DNA of 64,000 nucleotides from the NCBI GenBank assembly GCA_025786725.1, contig JAHLTZ010000028.1, positions 62,001 through 126,000 on the forward strand, in the 5' to 3' direction. This DNA is from Syncephalis fuscata S228. Taxonomy: Eukaryota > Fungi > Zoopagomycota. A program made the position numbers and the translations under genes. Below are positions 40,928 to 55,088 of the stretch, piece after piece. Numbering within the stretch: the first letter of the stretch is position 1; every line of letters starts with the position of its first letter. The notes under the pieces are model-generated. The model did not search any database and was not told the origin of the DNA. It saw nothing but the letters and a program-made list of their open reading frames with translations.

Positions 40928-43900
40928 ATGTCTATGCGAGGTCTAACCGTCTTTATAGCCGATATTCGAAAATGTAAAATATATTTATTGTAACTGAATT
41001 CGAAGCAGGGATTAATCTTTGTACGTTATAGGTAGAGTGCGTGAATTAGAAGAAAAACGGATCAATAAGGAGCTGGCAAATATTCGCGCCAAGTTTAAAG
41101 GTAGATATTATAGATTAAATCACGCTATACGCATAACAATATGAGATTATAGAAGGAAAGCTGGATGGCTACCAGCGTAAAAAATATGTTTGTAAATTGT
41201 TATATATTTACATTCTTGGCTGGGATGTGGAATTCGGCCATACTGAGGCAGTCAATCTTATTTGTAGTGCCAAGTATAGTGAAATGCAGATTGTAAGTTA
41301 TTAATACTACAAAGAATATAGACTAATATCGTTGTTTAAAGGGATATCTTGCATTGACACTATTACTAACAGAGAATCATGAGATGATTCGGTTGGTGGT
41401 CAATAGTCTACGTAAAGATATGGAAGAACCATTAGAAATTGTTAATTGTTTGGCACTTCATGCCATTGCCAACATTGGTGGCCGTGAAATGGCCGAATCT
41501 CTTGCCGGTGATGTCTATCGTTTATTAATAGCTAGGTAGATTTGATAATAATTTGATGTAATATTATTTATTAATGGCATGGAATAGTACAAGTAAAAGC
41601 TTTGTTAAAAAAAAGGCAGCACTTTGTTTATTGCGACTATTCCGTAAACATCATGATGTGTTACCGGCTGGAGAATGGGCAGAAAATATTCTACCGTTAA
41701 TGGATCACCCAGACTTGGTAAGTGTATTTGTAAAAATAAATGATATATTAAATATGGCGTATTATTGATATCAGGGCGTGCTTATATCGGTAACAAGCTT
41801 AGTGATGGCCCTAGCTCAGCAGCATCCCGATGAATATTCACCCTGTGTCGGTAAAGCCATCTATCGTCTTTATCGAGTAAGTAAATGACACTTGTGATTA
41901 TTATTAGTATTTACTTATTATTGAGGTTAGATGGTCATAGAAAAAGATTATCCAATTGACTATCTTTATTATAAAGTACCTAATCCATGGCTTCAAGTTA
42001 AAATACTTCGACTACTGCAATATTATCCACCCTCTGGTAAGCGGAATAAACAAAACTGTTTACAAAATAAAGGCTTAGTTTATTCGATCATTGCTTTAGA
42101 GGTCGAGGAGGAGCGCGAGATGTTATTACGTGTTTTACAGTATACTATTCATGTGGCGCAAGATGTTCCAAAAAATCAACAACATAACAATGCTCAAAAT
42201 GCCGTGTTATTTGAAGCAATTAGCTTGATTATTCACCTTGACACAGATCAATCATTGTTGACGGAAGCGGCCCATATCCTGGGCAGATTTCTTAGTTCGA
42301 AAGAGACAAATCTACGTTATTTAGGCCTGGCGGCTATGGCACATTTAGCTGCATTTCCTGATTCATTGGCCGCGGTCAAGGTGCATTTGGACACGATTCT
42401 GGCTGCATTACGCGACAAAGATATTAGTGTGCGAAGACGGGCATTAGATTTATTATACAGCATGTGTGATCGCGATAATGCACGTATTATCGTAGGCGAG
42501 TTACTTAACTACTTACAAGTGGCCGACTACAATATTCGGGAAGAAATGGTACTTAAAATTGCTATTTTAGCCGAAAAGCATGCTGCCGATCTTAGTTGGT
42601 ATGTCGATACAATCCTACAGCTAATTCAGCATGCAGGCGATCATGTTAGCGACGAAGTGTGGTATCGTGTTGTGCAAATAGTTTGCAACAATGAAGACTT
42701 GCAAGAATATGCAGCACGTATCTGTCTACGTACACTATCTGAGCCAATTTGCCACGAAACGGCACTGAAAGTCGGTGGCTATATTCTTGGCGAATTTGGC
42801 CATTTAATTGCGGAAGAGCCTAATAGTCTGCCGAACGACCAGCTTACCACGTTGTACACCAAGTTCCGTATTGCATCGCATCCAACACGGGCCTTGCTTT
42901 TAAATACTTTTTTCAAGTATGCAAACTTATTCCCTGAACTACGCAACGAAGTAGCAAGTATACTGAGCGTGTATGCACGGGCTATCGATGTCGAGTTGCA
43001 GCAACGGGCGTGTGAATATCTGGCAATAATAGAAAGTGGCGATACTGAATTGTTAGCTACAGTATGTGAAGAAATGCCACCATTCCCTGATAGAAAGTCG
43101 GCGCTAGTATCTCGTGTTGCTCGCGAAGAGACAGAAGACAAACGTACCTGGGTACTTGGTGGCTGGGAAGCCAATCGGGAACGACGTGAAACGCAACATC
43201 AAGCATTGGTGTTGGCACGTAGTATGCGTGCATTGGAAAATGCTACCGACCTACTAGATTTAAGCGAAGATGCAGTTGTTGAGGTACCAGTGGAGGAAGC
43301 CACGGCGGCAGCGGCAGCCGGTATAGAGCCAGGTGCCATGATTGTATCGAATGGGCAAGGCAGTGCTATGCGTGTTAACCAAGACGGTACACGCACTCTA
43401 CGACTAAAGGACGATCGGTCATTTTTACGCTTATCGACACAGCTTGACGGCGTGTTATTTGATAATCCTGAAGTATGTGTTGCTATTAAGGCGGAATTTC
43501 ATCCACCTCGTGCACGTCTTGCAGTTGCTTATCTCAATCGCACGGATATTCCATTCCAAGGAGTAAAGTTGAGCATAGACTGTGAAGATGGCTTACGTTC
43601 ACAGGCCACGGGTCTATTGCCGGTCAACGTAGCACCAGGCGAACAAGCGCAAGTTATATATGCGTTCCGATGTGAGCACATATTTTCTATGCCACCGACT
43701 ATGCACTTCCGCTACTTTCTAGGTGATACATGGAAGGAACACGAAATCCGACTGCCAATTTCGCTGTCTAGATTCTGCGAGCCAATCCACGATATGACAG
43801 CGAGCGACTTTTTCTCGCGCTGGAAACGCATTGGTGCTGCTGTCGAAGAGGCGCATATTAATGCTACCGGACTCGAATCACAAAGTACCTTTTCGTGCGT

Positions 43901-44255
43901 GCAGCCAGTCGATCGACTACATGCACGTGCTGCAGTGCGTGGATTTGGCTTCGGGCTGCTCGAGGGAGTTGACCCCAACCCGAATAACGTGGTCGGTGCG
44001 TCACTTGCTCTAGCAGGAGAAAGTCGAATTGGCTGTCTTTTACGACTGGAGCCCAATGACACACAGACGGTAAGTTATAGTGCCGATATTAGCCGCTGTG
44101 TTCATGGCAGTGTTGTTGCAACTTACTGACGATGTGTACAATAGATGTTTAGACTAACTGTACGCACAACACATGCCGTGGCAACCGAAGCCATTGCTGG
44201 GATACTTCGGCCGTATATTGAGTTTGGCACGGCGCAAGAAGTCAAGCTTACTTAG
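40928..44255 (+). CDS. APL3: AP-2 adaptor complex alpha subunit, multi-exon
   Basis: [90 protein letters not shown]. Confidence 0.96.
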
Positions 44256-44506
44256 AGTTATACACTGTATTTTCGTTAATATCATCTAAACCTCATTAAT
44301 AAATCTATCTATTTGCTGATCATTATTTGTATTGTGCATTCGAAACTGATATAGTTATTTATTTACGCATACGAACATTAAAGTTCCGACCAATTGAAAA
44401 GAAAGCATCATTAATACGCTTATACAGCGTGAAGACGTAGAATAACAAAAATGTGGTACTGGATCATGAGAGGGAAAATGGATGGTGTATAAAGGATAGT
44501 TAGTTA

Positions 44507-45490
44507 CTAGTATGACATGGCGTCATGAGAGCGCATCTCGACAGTTGCTGAGGAAGAGCGGTAGCGTAGTTCACGTCTTAGACGTTCTACGTCTTCTACA
44601 CGCTCGGCACGCTGTCGAAATAGACGATCGCGTAGACGGTGTGCATAGAAAGATAGGCTGAAAAAGATGATAAGTAGCACACATACGCCAATATACCATC
44701 CAGCAACGACGCCACTGGGCCTGTCCCAGTTAAGGAACGGATAGACCCATTCGCCGTTGATAGCGTGGGCTACCCATGACCAGAACATATAGAGGAGCAT
44801 CGTCAGTATTATCCAAGGCAGGGCCGCCAAAGGAACAATCATACGTCCAAGAATGAATTCAAAGGCCAGTAAAACAAAATCGATAGCATGTTTCGATACG
44901 TTCAAATACGTGGACATTGACGTGTCATCGCTTTTTGGTTTGTATAGCACGGCCCAGTAGATCACGGGTACAACCATGTGGAATACGGCAACCGTGCTGT
45001 AAAGTATAAAGTGAGTCTTTGTCCATAACGATTCAGCCTTAAGCGTGGGAGAGACATAACCGGCGTAACGTGTAAAACGGAATGTATGATAGGCAGCAAA
45101 GCCAAAATAAGCAAGCTCGCCGATGAAAGTCAAATGCGTGAAGAAGGTTAAGAATTTCCAACCGGCTGTTGGTTTGTCAACAATTGAGCAAATCAGCACA
45201 ATCAATTCATAAAGAAAGCTAACGCTACGTGAAATCAATAACACTTGTGGAGATACGAGATTTGAGGTAACGGTACGTAATGGGTCCAGCCCATGCAGGG
45301 AGAGTTTTTGTAGAACGGTCATATTGTTGTTTAAAGGTTTGTCGGTGTCAGTGATGTTGTTGTTGGTAGTGTTGATGTCGGCGGCGAATGTATTGGGAAT
45401 GGTGATTGCAGTAATAGATGTAGAGGCAACCGGTGCACTCGGTCTTTCGTCAGCTAACTTTGTAGTGCTTGCTACTATTGATGTTGACAT
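44507..45490 (-). CDS. Multi-pass membrane protein, FAR-17a/AIG1-like
   Basis: About six hydrophobic segments; FFTHLT, VIYWAVL, SKHAID, WVYPFLNW. Confidence 0.75.
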   Translation of the reverse strand: MSTSIVASTTKLADERPSAPVASTSITAITIPNTFAADINTTNNNITDTDKPLNNNMTVLQKLSLHGLDPLRTVTSNLVSPQVLLISRSVSFLYELIVLICSIVDKPTAGWKFLTFFTHLTFIGELAYFGFAAYHTFRFTRYAGYVSPTLKAESLWTKTHFILYSTVAVFHMVVPVIYWAVLYKPKSDDTSMSTYLNVSKHAIDFVLLAFEFILGRMIVPLAALPWIILTMLLYMFWSWVAHAINGEWVYPFLNWDRPSGVVAGWYIGVCVLLIIFFSLSFYAHRLRDRLFRQRAERVEDVERLRRELRYRSSSATVEMRSHDAMSY

Positions 45491-48288
45491 GGTAATAATA
45501 ATAATATTGTTAGTTAATTGCAAATAAAAAGCGATACAAATTGCCAAATAAAATGACTTAATTGTTGATTCAAATGAAATCAAACCGATTGTCATGTAAA
45601 AAAGAAATGCAATAAAGACAGAGCGTTACTTTGAAGCCACTTCTTCGGCAATAAATAGTAAGAAAAACGTACAAGGTCCATGGATTATGGATAAAGTGCA
45701 AGGTATATTTTTCATTAAACATATTCCATACTTGCCCTGTGGTACAAGGGCAAGTACGGCCTGTCATTTGGCCGAAAAACAGGATTTGTTATAACAACAA
45801 CAACAGTAATAAGAACTCATAGTAGTATATTGCACGTGAATTAATACCTCATAGCTAGAATAAAAGATTATATACGCATCGCTATGGATTCTGCCCAATC
45901 ATTCATTTAGTACCAACACTTACTCGAATATCTAATACAAGCGGAAAAGCGGAAGATGCTGAATGAGAAGGAAAGCGAGCGTAGTAGTAGTGTTAAAAAG
46001 TATCTATGCCAAGTGTTTGGGAAATTGTCGAAGAATATCGCCGAAAAGAGTAATGGCACAAATCATAAGCCAAACAGAATCAAAGAAAAAACACCCAGCG
46101 GCAATGTATAGGCGACGGAGTGAGTAGAAAAGAGCAAAAATAGCGTTACCACTTTCTTTGGTCTATTTAAACAGCGGGAAATCAAATCAATAATGGGCAG
46201 TCATCGCTCGATTGCTATATTTAAGCAAAGATTGTCCCCCGCACGTGTTAGAATAGCTCATATATGACCTGCCCCATGAGGCAAGTGGAACAACCACCCG
46301 ACTTGGGAGCGCGAAACAACTGGGCATTTTCATGTTTGAGGGTTTGTAATACGGAGACGTTGTACGTTTGGCACATTTGTCTACGCTACACTCTCCTGTT
46401 CACAAACACAACTAACATGAACGTGTTTGTGTTATTATTATTATTATTACCTGGGGGCAAGCTAGAATGATACATCGGCATGATGGCGTTACGTGCTATT
46501 TAATATAATAAAAATAGTAATGGCAGTAGTAATAATGGTAATGGTAATCAAAAATCGTAATCAAATAACTGGATATTGTAATAAGCAAAGATCGACAGTA
46601 ACGCAGAAAAAAATAAAAAAGAACAAGTTGAGCATCAGCAACAAACAAGCCGAAGGCATCCAAAAGTCCTATGATCTCATACGAAAGAAAGAGAGGAAAG
46701 AAAGAGAGAAAGCATGGCGGTGTACCAATTAAGCAAGACGTGCAAAAACTCCGTCACAACAATGCATTGAAACAGAAAACAAAAACTGGCGTATTCTCCT
46801 TCCTTCCTTCTTTGAATGGATACGGGTATGCCGATGGTGGACAAAGAGTGGGCCTCAGTTAGCAGTGTACTGTATCAATACATTGTCGCAAATAATAATC
46901 ATTAATTAATCAACAAAAGTCTATGGTATACAAATACTAAACAATGTTACAAGATAAAGCAGCGTTTAAACAACACAAAGAGTGAGTGGCTGAGCTGTTT
47001 TAAAGTCTATACAAATGGAAACAATGCACATCAATGCTAATATATAGGCCCAGACAATTGACAGTGTTTTAACTTATACATCTCCTAATAAACATGCGTT
47101 GCTTTAATTCACAGATAGTATTGATCCAGGGAATTGGATGCATTGTAGCAAACATGTTGTAGACAAATGACATACGTATATATATATATAAATATAAATA
47201 TAGATAAAACATCTTGAAGCATAATGACACTAAATGATTGTTTATTTAATCACTATGTACTCGTTTTATTGTCTTGACGTTCATTTTTCAAGACTGTTAT
47301 TCCACTCTACATCTAATCTTTGTAATTTTACCGTTTAGTGTTTACTACCACATGTTAACTACTAGTTTGGTAAGATCTACAATGCGCATTAATTTATAGA
47401 ATCTATTTTGAATCAGAATCGACTAGCTGTTTTAAAATAATTGTTGTCATTTGAATCTACGTTTATTCAAACCAATCTTTTTTATGCTAAAGTATCAATA
47501 ATATTGATAAGAAAATTTTCAATTTTATAAAAACAAAAGCAAAAGAAAATAAATTGTAGATAAAATAGATAGCATACTCTAGTGTAATATATGATAGAAT
47601 GATTGCAAGAGTGACGGTAGAGCAAATAGCAGAAGGAGAGAAGGTTATTATGTCGTAGTTACAGTCATGCAAATAATAGTATGGTGTAGTAATAATGGCA
47701 ATACAGTAATTAAACTTAATAATATTCGCGTAACTGAACTAGAAATTTGTTCCACTGAACATAGAGACTGATTTGGTGGTCAAATGATCAAATTTAATAA
47801 CATTTTTTTAGATTTATTTGTCCAACTATATGTACTTGTAACATATAAACAATATATTATCATCAAATCACACTAAAATATTAAAATATTGTTTAATAAA
47901 TATAAATTGTACGCATAGACATTGTAGCACGATGTCTAATTGCAATGTACCGATTACTAAAATATACTTGGTACCATTACACCAAGTCAAAACATAATAG
48001 CGAGACTTATTGAATTCAACAACAGGAGATTGCCCTTCCAATGCAAATAATATCTATTTGCTTCCGTTGATAACTACAGTAATACGTGGATATTAAACCG
48101 ACTTGAAAGCATCGCCAACAATGCCGATGATAAAGCATTTGCCAGCTAACTCATTAAGATAAATAACTAAATTATATTAACAACACCTGTATACAACAAC
48201 TGTTGATTATCTGTTCAATATTTAAGGATAACTTTACACTAGTAATATTTATTACTGCTTGCTTATCAACATAAAACTGAAATCTTGT

Positions 48289-49070
48289 TTACGCAGACGG
48301 CTTGCTCTCTTTGCTATGGGCTGCCTCCTTTGGCCCCTCTGCAGTTGGCGTGTAGGCCGGTGGAGGATCATTGCTGGTAGAAGCTTCATTTGTCGATGGA
48401 CCAGCAACAGAAGATTTGGCCTTGGGCTTTGCATTTTGAGCAGGTTTGGTCGAAGTATCTGGAGCAGTATCTGGAGCAGTATCTGGAGCGGTAGTAGTAG
48501 TAGCTACGGTGGCGGCCTGACTACTTGCTAAAACACGCTGTGCTTGTGTCGGAGATGCTACAACAACGACAATGGGTGAGCCAAAACGAATTTGACCTTC
48601 AGTATTGTCATTGTTATTGTTACTAACGGCCCTACTTTCATTGCCTTGTTCCAGATCGGTGATTGAACTATAACCTTGACGAATGGCACGCTGGCGCGCA
48701 TGTCTCAGTATAATATACCAGCAATGAGCAACACCTATACAAATAGGCCAAACATGTTGATATTAGTTAGTTAGTTATTCGCTATTCACTGCATCTAGCT
48801 AGTTTGAGATCTACTAGCAGCAACACTGGTTATTTTAGCAATGCCAGTGATCCGTCTACTCGCATGCGCCAAACAATTAAACCCACATGCACTGTGCCAT
48901 GCCACATGCCATCGAACAGATTTCTCACCAGGAAGATGTCCCAATAGCGTAAGTAGTATATTGATGCAAAGGTCGGCACCACATCCTGCTCGGAGTAGAA
49001 CACCAAAAGGAGGGAATATAAAACCGAGTACGGCTATAGCAATATCACGAGTGGTAAAAACGTAGGCCAT
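48289..49070 (-). CDS. PMP3/Sna-family proteolipid with long C-terminal tail; exons 49070-48929, 48734-48289
   Basis: IFPPFGVLLRAGCGADLCINILLTLLGHLPGVAHCWYII; tail has a PPAY motif. Confidence 0.88.
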
Positions 49071-50479
49071 AGTGCCTTAAAGCAGTAGGGAGTTAAATGA
49101 AGAAGAAGTAAAGAAATGACGAAAAACGATAGATGATGCCGTATATAACAATCCTATGCCAAGAATCACAGTCTTTTTTTTCGGCATATGCACCAGAATG
49201 AATCATCTGCGTAACTAAGGATGGAATCAGACAACGTATCAAAATCTATGACAACACTTGGACAACACAATTGGCTGACTGATCTATATTGGCTGTACTA
49301 GACTTTGCTTTAAAGTGATACGTGTTCATTAAACAATACAGTTTATATAACAGTAGTAACCGTTCTATTCATTATCCAGTATGCGTCTATATTTTATTTG
49401 TCTATACTATTCCCATTTTATTATACATCACTATGTATTATAGAATGATATGTTGAATACATCATATTGTTATATGTTTCAATTACATATAGCTTGCTAA
49501 ATGAATGAGGTGAATGAGTTGATATTTATTAATAATAGCTTTAAAACCAAACAGACAACTGCAATAGCTAGTGCGTATTTACTAGACAATAAAATGATAT
49601 ACAATATAAAAAAATATGGTTTGAATTGGTGATTCGCTATGTTGAAGTTACTGAGCATATATGCATGATCAATGACTGACATTAGTTGAGATTTGTTAAT
49701 AGTAAAACTAGAACAAAAATGAAAACAGTTTTGGATAGAGCAAGACTAGGCGATTATAAAATGATATATAGACCGATAAATGTACGGTGAGAAAGAATAT
49801 AAAACGATGTTAAAGGTATAGTGCATATAATGCAATGAGTAGACTGAAAGAAGTGTAATGAAATATGTAAACAATATAATATACCCAATATAGCATAGAA
49901 TGATACAAGTAAATAATGGATATATGCATACTGGATAATAAATCTATAATGATAAGTATTTTATGACTGATGTCACTCACCACCCATCATCATATTCAAT
50001 AGAGTGAATGTCTGGTTTCAATGTGTAAATACTAATAGACATTGTCATTGTGTTGCCACTATTACTTACATCATAATATTTTCTGCATGAATGGAACTGC
50101 TACACGCCTGACTTTCTTTGTTATTACTTTTGCGGCCATTTCAATATATATCGCAGCTAAAAAAGTCATTTCTGTTTAATAAGATTGTAAAGAGACTGTG
50201 CCTGTTATTAGAATAGTACAAGTATGTATTAATCGATAATATACTATATGTATAGAAATCAATAAATTTATTTATATTTGGTAAAAAAATAACACTATGT
50301 GTAGTTGATCATAAATTACATAAATTAACGAAAGAAATAGCGGTGGAGTACAAGTAGGAGATATGAATGATATAATGAAATTCGTTGTTCAACTAGTACA
50401 GACTTGATAAACAAGACAAGTCTAGTGACTGCTTGAAGTATAGGCAGCATTATTGCTATGTGCTAAATAAGTAAATTGC

Positions 50480-52215
50480 TTATACTATCTCGAAATTAGA
50501 TGTCGAGTGCTCGGTCAGTTTGGTTAGCGTGCCATGTTCAATGGGCTGCACTGCTTCTTGATTCTCCTCACTAGGTTCCTCTGGAATCCAAGATACCCTT
50601 AAGGACCCTTTGCTTAAGGCAGCTTTCAACGGTACTCGGTTAAACGATCCATTAGACGCTGCTTTCTAAGCACTGGTGTAGTATCATTATTATTGTTGTT
50701 AATAATGTTGGCTGACGAATCGACCGTCATTAGCGAAATTTCATCATCTTCCATTGAGCTGTAACGGAGTTCGTCAGACCAAACGGATTCATCGCCGCGT
50801 ACCAATGATGGTGTTAGTGTGAGACGCAGTGTGGCAGGCTCGACTTTAGAACTAAAGCACCTATCGTCCTCAGTTGGGCAATCATTGACGCTAGCAGCCA
50901 ATTTGTCAAATAGAGCCGAAGCATGTAATTGCCGACGACGGCGTTCATCTGCATCAATTCGAGTTTGGTTTAATTCAAACACTGGTTTGAAAAAGTTGGC
51001 CAGGCCCGTTTCTAGCAATTCTTGATCAGTCGAAGGAGTAATTGAGACAGCAGTAGCACCACTGCAATTACGCTCCATCGATGATTGCAGTCCAAAAGAC
51101 ATACTATTTCTTGGAGAAAAGTTTAACGTGGCAGCTAATGATGTTCTGGGACTCCGTTGCTCTAATGCTTCTGTAGCATATGCATGTTCTTAAAGCTGCA
51201 TGTTGAGAGCGTGTTGACAAAGCACGCATAATTCGTGCCTTAGAAGAGCGTAGCAATGGGCCAACAGATACTTTTCGTTGTGGTTTATGTGATTCGTTAG
51301 ATGGTTCCACTTGTACTGATGCCTTTGCCGGCATCGACGGCAAGGTGTTAACTTCTTCTAACAATTGATGGGAGGTGGCGGATGCCATAGTTGATGACAA
51401 GGTCAAAGAAGAACAGTTTGCCATATTAGCTAAGAATAGCTCATTGTAGGTGATAATAAACGAGGTCGAAGTGAACAACGTTTTTCCTCTTCGTCCTGTA
51501 ATTGTTGTTGCTGCTTTTGTGGTCGTGGTCGTCGCAGCTGTTGAGTCAGCGTTGAATCAGTGGCCTCTGAACGCACGTTTACAGAAGCATCGCCGTACCA
51601 GGATTGCGTTTGTGCGCGCTGCGCCGGACGTATTACTGGTCTGCATTGACTGTGTGTTGGCGACAAAATGGCCGATGACTCTTCAGTGGCTGTATTGATA
51701 GGAGATGCCGGTGTTAATGGAAATGAGGTCGCGCATGAAATGGTCGCATTAGATGTGCTACGAGAAAGAGTTGGTTGGCAATTGGCAGTTCTGATTGATT
51801 TTTGCGTATTGTGTCGCTGAAGTGCCAAGGATACAGCCGATTTACCGGTAGATATGCGCGTAAACTCCGCATCAAGCATGGCTGGCATGCGAAACGCATC
51901 GAGCTGCGGTGAGGGAAGGGCAAACCTTTCCTCATGTTGGCAATCATCTTCATTAGCGCTGCTAATTTTTGGTTTAATGTTTAATTCAGACTTAATAGCA
52001 ACGATTGCAGTGGTGGGTGTCGAAGGTTTTGTACGCTGTAATTGGCGCCCAATCTTCATTGGTAGTTTTGGAATATGCTCGGCCCATCGCTGTAGACGCG
52101 ATACTTTTGTTGAATGTTCTGGTTCCAATTCAAAGTTGCACTGCGTTTTAGGCGAAACGGATGAGCAAATTGATACCAAGGACGATCTTGGCGCGTCGTG
52201 ACTTATAGTAAACAT
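50480..52215 (-). CDS. Hypothetical low-complexity protein split by about three single-base frameshifts (~51432, ~51190, ~50630)
   Basis: Abutting ORFs 51430-52215, 51104-51478, 50626-51102 and a further open frame to TAA 50480; uniform coding-like GC. Confidence 0.6.
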
Positions 52216-54339
52216 GGTGTCAAGTCAATGTACTGTCACAAATTAAATGTCCAGTAATATTTGTAATGTGATATATATATATATATATATAACGATAGTA
52301 TTTCAACCAATGCTTATCTGGTGGTGGTTAATTAAGTTGCTCAGTAGGAGAAAACAATGAAACTCTATCAATAATTAGGCAAGCAAAGAAGAATAAAATG
52401 TAGCCTTATAGATGCAGTGGCAAATAGGCAAAAATTTAAATATTCGCGTGTTTCAATAAGAAGAGAATAGCACGAAAAGATGGATGCGAGAGAAATCAAA
52501 GGTATAGCATTGCAGCAAGAAGAAAATCGAGGTGTTGGCGCAGCCGAGCAAACGATATAGCCGCAGTAGTATTATTATCAATGGCCAAGGCAGTGCTACC
52601 GAATACAAAAGTTAGGAGTGTAAATAGTAGAGCAAGAGAGCAAGTCGCGAAGACAGCCAATAAATTATAGACGCTGCGTGACTAGTATTTAGAAGGAAGG
52701 AATAGCGAACGAACGAGAGAGAGAAGTAAGATAAATCGCCGTAGTAGCGAGAAAGAAGCGAACAGAACGAAAGCGGCAGAACATAGTTTGATTATGTGTT
52801 TTAATAGACGCCATCCTCGGTTGTATCGTCAGTGCAGTTAGTTTCATGTGGCAACCTTGGCTGTGTGATCACATCGCATAAACTTGTGCTTTCATCTCCA
52901 CAAAGTTGTTGTCATTGACTAAAAACAGAACGACTGCGTGTTTACCGCTAATAATACACCGTTCCAACGATGAAGTGGCGTATTTAGGACGGAGAAGAGT
53001 GAACCATGCGGTTAAATGGTGTATATACCACGCACACACACACAGAATAGACAAGGCGCGTGGTCTACATTCTGGTTCCACCATGTGTCTGGATCTTCCG
53101 TGCATGCGCGGCTAAGTGCAGGCTGAGGGCGTATGAAAGTGCAAATGAGAGAAAGTATGTGTGTGAGTATCTTTGTATGGTGGCAGTCATCGGACTTCTC
53201 CACGAGGACTATTCAAGTCAGAAACTGGTCCCTGAATGGGCACAAAGTATACCGGCAAGTTTGAATTTCATATTGCATGAGCATATGAAGGTTCGTCATC
53301 CATTATGTTTATTGCATTAATCATATTGTTTTATTTATGTAAATCAATTGTTCACAGTTTATGCTTTGTTTCATTCAAGGTTACAATAAAAACAATGAAC
53401 CATTTGTCCTGCTTATCAGCTTGCACATCGCTATGGACTGGAATGGTGTGTACATGCCTATACTTGGTCAGGATTCCAAGAATGGCAAGTGTATCGGGAA
53501 TTTACTACAAGTATATTATTGTCAACTTGATAGCTGCCTTTGTTTACGTGTGCCTCGAACAATCGGCAAGTGCACAATAATACTGCGCGTAACTACAGCT
53601 AGAGAAGTAGTACTGGTTAAAAGCGAGCACATGAATATATTTTACCATTTAAGGCAGTGTCACTAATGCATTATGATACAGTCTATAGTCAATGTAAGAG
53701 TGCCAGGTTTATTGCCAACACTATCACTATAATGTGAGTATACATGCTGCATACCATATGGTCGTGAATACGGTAACTATGATATCGGCATGACGTTTCA
53801 TTTCAGTTTAAAAAAGTCATGAGGATAACTATCATAGAGCACTCTATACCCCTTGTTCAGTTTCGCGCTCATATTTGCTACAGATTGGTTATAAAAAAAT
53901 AACATTTTGCCTTGTTATCAATAAGTAGTACCCGTTGTATTACGTAGCTGGGTGAAGGGAAACCTTGTATAAGGCATAGTTGGACCAACATCTCCTAGAG
54001 AGAGTAAAGTCAGGGGCCTTTCAAACGTTTCAGCAATGAAAAATGATCTGACAAGGACCATAACTAGTGGTAGAGGATAAAAACGCTTTAGGAAAAAATT
54101 TATATACAAGCAATGGAGCATAATAGCTAGATAGGTTGCTATAAATAGTGGTATTATTAAACTATCTTATGCTTTAGTTTTACTTTAGATTTTTAGAGTG
54201 ATTGTGTACTAAATAAACTGACCGGCTAATTTATTCATAAAACAAAACGCAAAAGGATAAAGCAAAACTAGGTAACTCATAGATTGTGCGTGCGTGTGTA
54301 ACTTGCTGTTGTCTGGGGTAAAGAACCCAACCCATGCAA

Positions 54340-55088
54340 TTAAAGCATGCAGCCGCTACGATCAGCAAAAATACACATACTCCAGTTGCGTTTGGATGCT
54401 ACCGGCTGCTGTTCGTGAGTTTCTGTTGTTTTTTCTTCTTGGTAACGATGTTGTTGTTGCTGTTGTGGCGATGGTGGCTGATAGATTGTGTCAGATGCGT
54501 TTAGAATCGGTGTATTCATTGAATTATTTACCATGTATGAATGATGCTGTTCTGACACCAATTTCTCATGGCTTACATCAGCCATCGGCATATCCGAGTC
54601 ATTTTGGAAGAAAGTAGCAGTATGATTATACTCGAGATGGTGAGCCATTCGTTTTGTTTCACGACACTAAAAACAGATGAATTATTATCGTTAGTGTTGT
54701 GTTCATTATTAATGTCAAATTATTATTTTAATTAGCCAATTACCATATATGGTATTAGAAGCTTAGAGTAATCAATATGTAACAGTGATTATCACACACA
54801 CACACACACAGTATATATACATATATACCTACCTCATCATCGCCCATATCTTCTCTTGAGCGTTTTGGAGTAAGATGACCTATAGATTTTAAATAAATAA
54901 TAGTTATATTAGCATATGTATACAAATTATGCACAATAATTCAATTAGTATGTTGCCATGGAGTACACGATAGCAACTTTATCTAAACCAAAGCCATTGA
55001 ACTACAAAACTGTATCGATATAACCTACCGAAATGACCAGACTGGGTAGGCATTTCCCAGTGGTATTATTACCATTGGATGTGAACAT
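54340..55088 (-). CDS. Small hypothetical three-exon protein (start uncertain)
   Basis: GTAGGT donors and TAG acceptors join LTPKRSREDMGDDE-CRETKR into ORF 54340-54648. Confidence 0.5.
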
